Source of the DNA: Salinivirgaceae bacterium
GTDB lineage: Bacteria > Bacteroidota > Bacteroidia > Bacteroidales > SZUA-534
Assembly (NCBI GenBank): GCA_050179685.1
Contig: JBFXEW010000016.1
Coordinates: forward strand, 45,620-109,619
Length of the DNA stretch: 64,000 nt
Direction of reading: 5' to 3'
Positions 60,984 through 64,000 of the stretch are shown here, one piece after another. Position numbers and translations under genes: made by a program. Each line of letters opens with the position of its first letter. Positions within the stretch are counted from its first letter, which is position 1. Under the pieces are notes generated by a model that saw only the letters and a program-made list of their open reading frames with translations, did no database searches and was not told the origin of the DNA.

Positions 60984-63900
60984 ATGAAGAAATTTACCAT
61001 GCTATTTGTGTGCTTAGTTATGCTAGGTGTACATATAGTTAATGCGCAACAAAAGACGATTACCGGTACGGTAACCTCCTCTGAGGATGGTATGTCAGTA
61101 CCTGGTGTATCAGTCGCTGTAAAAGGTACCACTGTGGGTACTATTACCAATATTAATGGTCAATACTCATTAGATGTCCCCGCCGATGCTCAGGCTTTGG
61201 TTTTTTCCTTTGTTGGGATGAAAACAACTGAACAGCTTATTGGTGGAAGATCAGTTATTGATGTAGTATTAGAGCCAGAAGTTATTGGTGTTGACGAAGT
61301 GGTTGTAACTGCTTTGGGTATTTCCCGCGAGAAGAAATCGTTGGGTTACGCTTCACAATCTGTTGGAGGTGACGATTTGGTTTCGTCCAATGACATTAAC
61401 CCCATTTCTTCACTTTCAGGAAAAGTTGCTGGTATGCAGGTTTCTGGACAAAACTTTGGCGGTTCAAAGAATGTGCTTATTCGTGGTGCAAGTTCTTTCA
61501 CGAATAACAACCAACCTTTATTTGTGGTTGATGGTGTTCCCATTAGCAATGAAGGTTTTAATTCTTTAGAAACACAAAGAGGTGGTGGAGGTTACGACTA
61601 TGGTTCAATGACTAACGACTTAAACTCCTACGATATTGAGAATATTGAGGTGTTAAAAGGTAGCGCTGCTTCTGCTCTTTATGGTAGTCGTGGACAGAAC
61701 GGAGTAATTATGATTTCCACCAAAAAAGGTAAAAAAGGTAAAGAACATTTCTCTGTAGATATTAACTCAGGGGTTACTTTTGATCGTGTTTCAATTCTAC
61801 CTAAATTGCAAAGAGAATATGGTGGTGGTGCTATAGTTGCAGATGTAGATGGTGGCGTTAATGGTTTCGAACAAGTTACTATTAATGGTGTGAATTATTC
61901 TATACCTCAATACGGAGTTGATGAAAGCTGGGGTCCAAAGTATGATGGTCAACAAGTATTGCACTGGTGGGGAGCTGCAGACTATGAAAAAGGAATTACT
62001 GCTACTCCTATAACTGGTGAATGGAAAGCTCCGGATAATGATGTGGATTCATTCTATGAAACAGGTATTACTTATACCAACTCCGTGAATGTAGTTTCCA
62101 CATCAGAGAAATCAGCGGTGCGTTTTGGTTATACCAATGCAAACATGACCGGTATTGTTCCCAATTCCAGCCAAAAGAAACACAATTTTAACCTGAATGG
62201 ATCAACTTCATTGTTTGATGATTTTATTGCATTAGAAGCCAATATGAATTTTGTACAAACCGATACCAAAGGTCGTCCACAATTTGGTTATGGCGATAAT
62301 TCGCAATCCCAAAAATTCTTTCAGTGGGGACAACGTCAGTTGGATTTTGAAAAACTAAAAGATTATATGAATCCGGATGGTACTATGCGTACATGGAATC
62401 GTACATCTGTTTTTGATGGTACACCCGTATATTCCGACAACCCTTATTGGACAGCTTATAAAAACTACCAGGATGACGATAGAACGCGTGTTTTTGGAAA
62501 AGCAGGTGTAACAGCGAACTTTACTGATTATTTAAGTGCCAGTGGTACGCTGTATTTGGATACTTATACATTCAATCAACGGGAACGGGTAGCTAAAGGT
62601 TCGCAAGCGTTAGCTTCCTATCATCAATGGAATCGTCAGGCAACTGAAACTAATCTAGAAGGTAAGCTAAATTTTAACAAAAATATTAATGACTTTAGTA
62701 TTCTGGCCATGTTAGGTGCTAACAAACGTCAGGAGAATTACAGCCGTTTTGAAGGTCAATCAGATGGTGGATTAGTTGTTGATGGACTGTACAACCTAAA
62801 TAATTCAGCTGGAGCTCCTTTGTTAGACGATTACAAGAGAGAAAAGCAAGTTAACAGTTGGTTTGTATCGGGAAGTGTTGGTTGGAAAAACATGGTTTAT
62901 GTTGATGCTACTTATCGATCAGACTATGATACTTCTCTACCCAATGATGAAAATAATTATGATTATTCTTCTGTTTCTGCAAGTTTTATTGCCTCAGAAC
63001 TAATGGATTTTGCTTGGATGGATAATTTGAAATTACGTTTAAACTATGGAGAAACCGGTAATGGTACTGATCCTTTTAGTGTTTTTAACACCTACCTTAT
63101 AGCCGATCCTTTTGGGGGTAACCCACAATTTACAAATAGTGTTCGTTTAAAGAACCAATTTTTAAAACCTGAAATTACTAGTGAAACAGAACTTGGTCTT
63201 GAAGGAGTATTTTTCAAAAACCGTTTAGGATTTGACTTTTCTTGGTATAGTCGTGAAACAAAAAACCAAATTGTTCCTGTTGAAATTTCTGGAGCATCAG
63301 GTTATACCGAACGAATTATTAATTCAGGTATTGTTGATAACTCAGGTATTGAATTACTTGTTTATGCTACTCCAGTTAAAATGGGCGACTTTTCATGGGA
63401 TATAAGCGTTAATTTTGCAAAAAATAAGAATGAAGTTATTGAACTTGCGGACAATTTGGATAAACTTCAAATTATTGGGGCTCCTTTTGGAGGAGCATTT
63501 GTCAATGCTGAAAAAGGTGCAACTACACAGGAAATTTATGCTTATGATTACGCTTATGATGATGCTGGAAATATTGTTGTAGATGATGGTGGTTGGTTTG
63601 TACGTGGTGATTTAAAATCAATGGGTTCTGCTATGCCAGATTATACAGCCGGTATTCGAAATAATTTCCGTTATAAGATGTTTGATTTAGCAGCACAAGT
63701 TGATATCTCAAAAGGTGGAGTTTATTATTCGCTGTCAAACATGTGGGGAATGTATTCTGGTATGTTAGAAGGTACAACAACTCCTACGTCTGGTGGAAAT
63801 ACCATTCGTGAAGATGGTTTAATTCTTGATGCTGTAATTGATAACGGTGATGGAACTTTTAGAGCTAATGATGTAAGAATTGGAGCCGATGAATATGGTT

Positions 63901-64000
63901 GGATGCATTACCATGGTTTTGGAACGCCGAGTGCAAGTAGCGTCTTTGATGCCTCCTATATTAAATTGCGGGAAATTTCATTTGGATATACTTTACCTAA
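60984..64000 (+). CDS. SusC/RagA TonB-dependent receptor, truncated by window end (absent from ORF track because no stop)
   Basis: Own translation: MKKFTMLFVCLV...VPGVSVAVKGT...VVVTALGISREKKSLGYA...LKGSAASALYGSRGQNGVI; last codons IKLREISFGYTLP are in the same frame. Confidence 0.92.
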   Translation, partial: MKKFTMLFVCLVMLGVHIVNAQQKTITGTVTSSEDGMSVPGVSVAVKGTTVGTITNINGQYSLDVPADAQALVFSFVGMKTTEQLIGGRSVIDVVLEPEVIGVDEVVVTALGISREKKSLGYASQSVGGDDLVSSNDINPISSLSGKVAGMQVSGQNFGGSKNVLIRGASSFTNNNQPLFVVDGVPISNEGFNSLETQRGGGGYDYGSMTNDLNSYDIENIEVLKGSAASALYGSRGQNGVIMISTKKGKKGKEHFSVDINSGVTFDRVSILPKLQREYGGGAIVADVDGGVNGFEQVTINGVNYSIPQYGVDESWGPKYDGQQVLHWWGAADYEKGITATPITGEWKAPDNDVDSFYETGITYTNSVNVVSTSEKSAVRFGYTNANMTGIVPNSSQKKHNFNLNGSTSLFDDFIALEANMNFVQTDTKGRPQFGYGDNSQSQKFFQWGQRQLDFEKLKDYMNPDGTMRTWNRTSVFDGTPVYSDNPYWTAYKNYQDDDRTRVFGKAGVTANFTDYLSASGTLYLDTYTFNQRERVAKGSQALASYHQWNRQATETNLEGKLNFNKNINDFSILAMLGANKRQENYSRFEGQSDGGLVVDGLYNLNNSAGAPLLDDYKREKQVNSWFVSGSVGWKNMVYVDATYRSDYDTSLPNDENNYDYSSVSASFIASELMDFAWMDNLKLRLNYGETGNGTDPFSVFNTYLIADPFGGNPQFTNSVRLKNQFLKPEITSETELGLEGVFFKNRLGFDFSWYSRETKNQIVPVEISGASGYTERIINSGIVDNSGIELLVYATPVKMGDFSWDISVNFAKNKNEVIELADNLDKLQIIGAPFGGAFVNAEKGATTQEIYAYDYAYDDAGNIVVDDGGWFVRGDLKSMGSAMPDYTAGIRNNFRYKMFDLAAQVDISKGGVYYSLSNMWGMYSGMLEGTTTPTSGGNTIREDGLILDAVIDNGDGTFRANDVRIGADEYGWMHYHGFGTPSASSVFDASYIKLREISFGYTLP

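Noticed and set aside
721-61569. Numerous short antisense or nested ORFs in the ORF track
   Set aside because: Shadow ORFs inside well-supported genes, with no motifs
1-64000. tRNA or rRNA genes
   Set aside because: No cloverleaf/T-loop or rRNA signature noticed in intergenic regions by eye

Overview
Bacteroidota chromosomal window (inferred from SusC/SusD genes, a hybrid two-component system and TAnnTTTG promoters; Marinilabiliales-like). 1-24.6 kb is an L-arabinose/arabinan utilisation locus: araA (partial), araD, araB, GH51, aldose epimerase, HTCS, surface lipoprotein, frameshifted SusC, SusD, two GH43, GH146/127 and a second GH51. recQ follows. 26.7-35.2 kb is an accessory region. Its first part looks like an integron-like cassette array with no integrase in the window: AT-rich co-oriented genes, each unit starting with GTT and ending in its near reverse complement ...AAC, separated by attC-like hairpins. 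The cargo is a Doc-type toxin-antitoxin pair, a lone nucleotidyl-cyclase-like gene, and a PHP-ABC ATPase/small protein/cyclase-like trio (candidate anti-phage system). Its second part is two ~0.5 kb structured direct repeats (one carrying an IS4-like MITE) flanking a helical hypothetical gene and a 21-bp tandem array. 35.4-64 kb is mostly housekeeping: DUF5063, exonuclease, RlmI-like methyltransferase, PP2C, S9 peptidase, DUF4139, OTC/carbamate kinase, ftsK-lolA, a phosphorelay cluster, Omp85, hutI-ftcd and a partial SusC. All calls come from motif recognition by eye; no searches were run.
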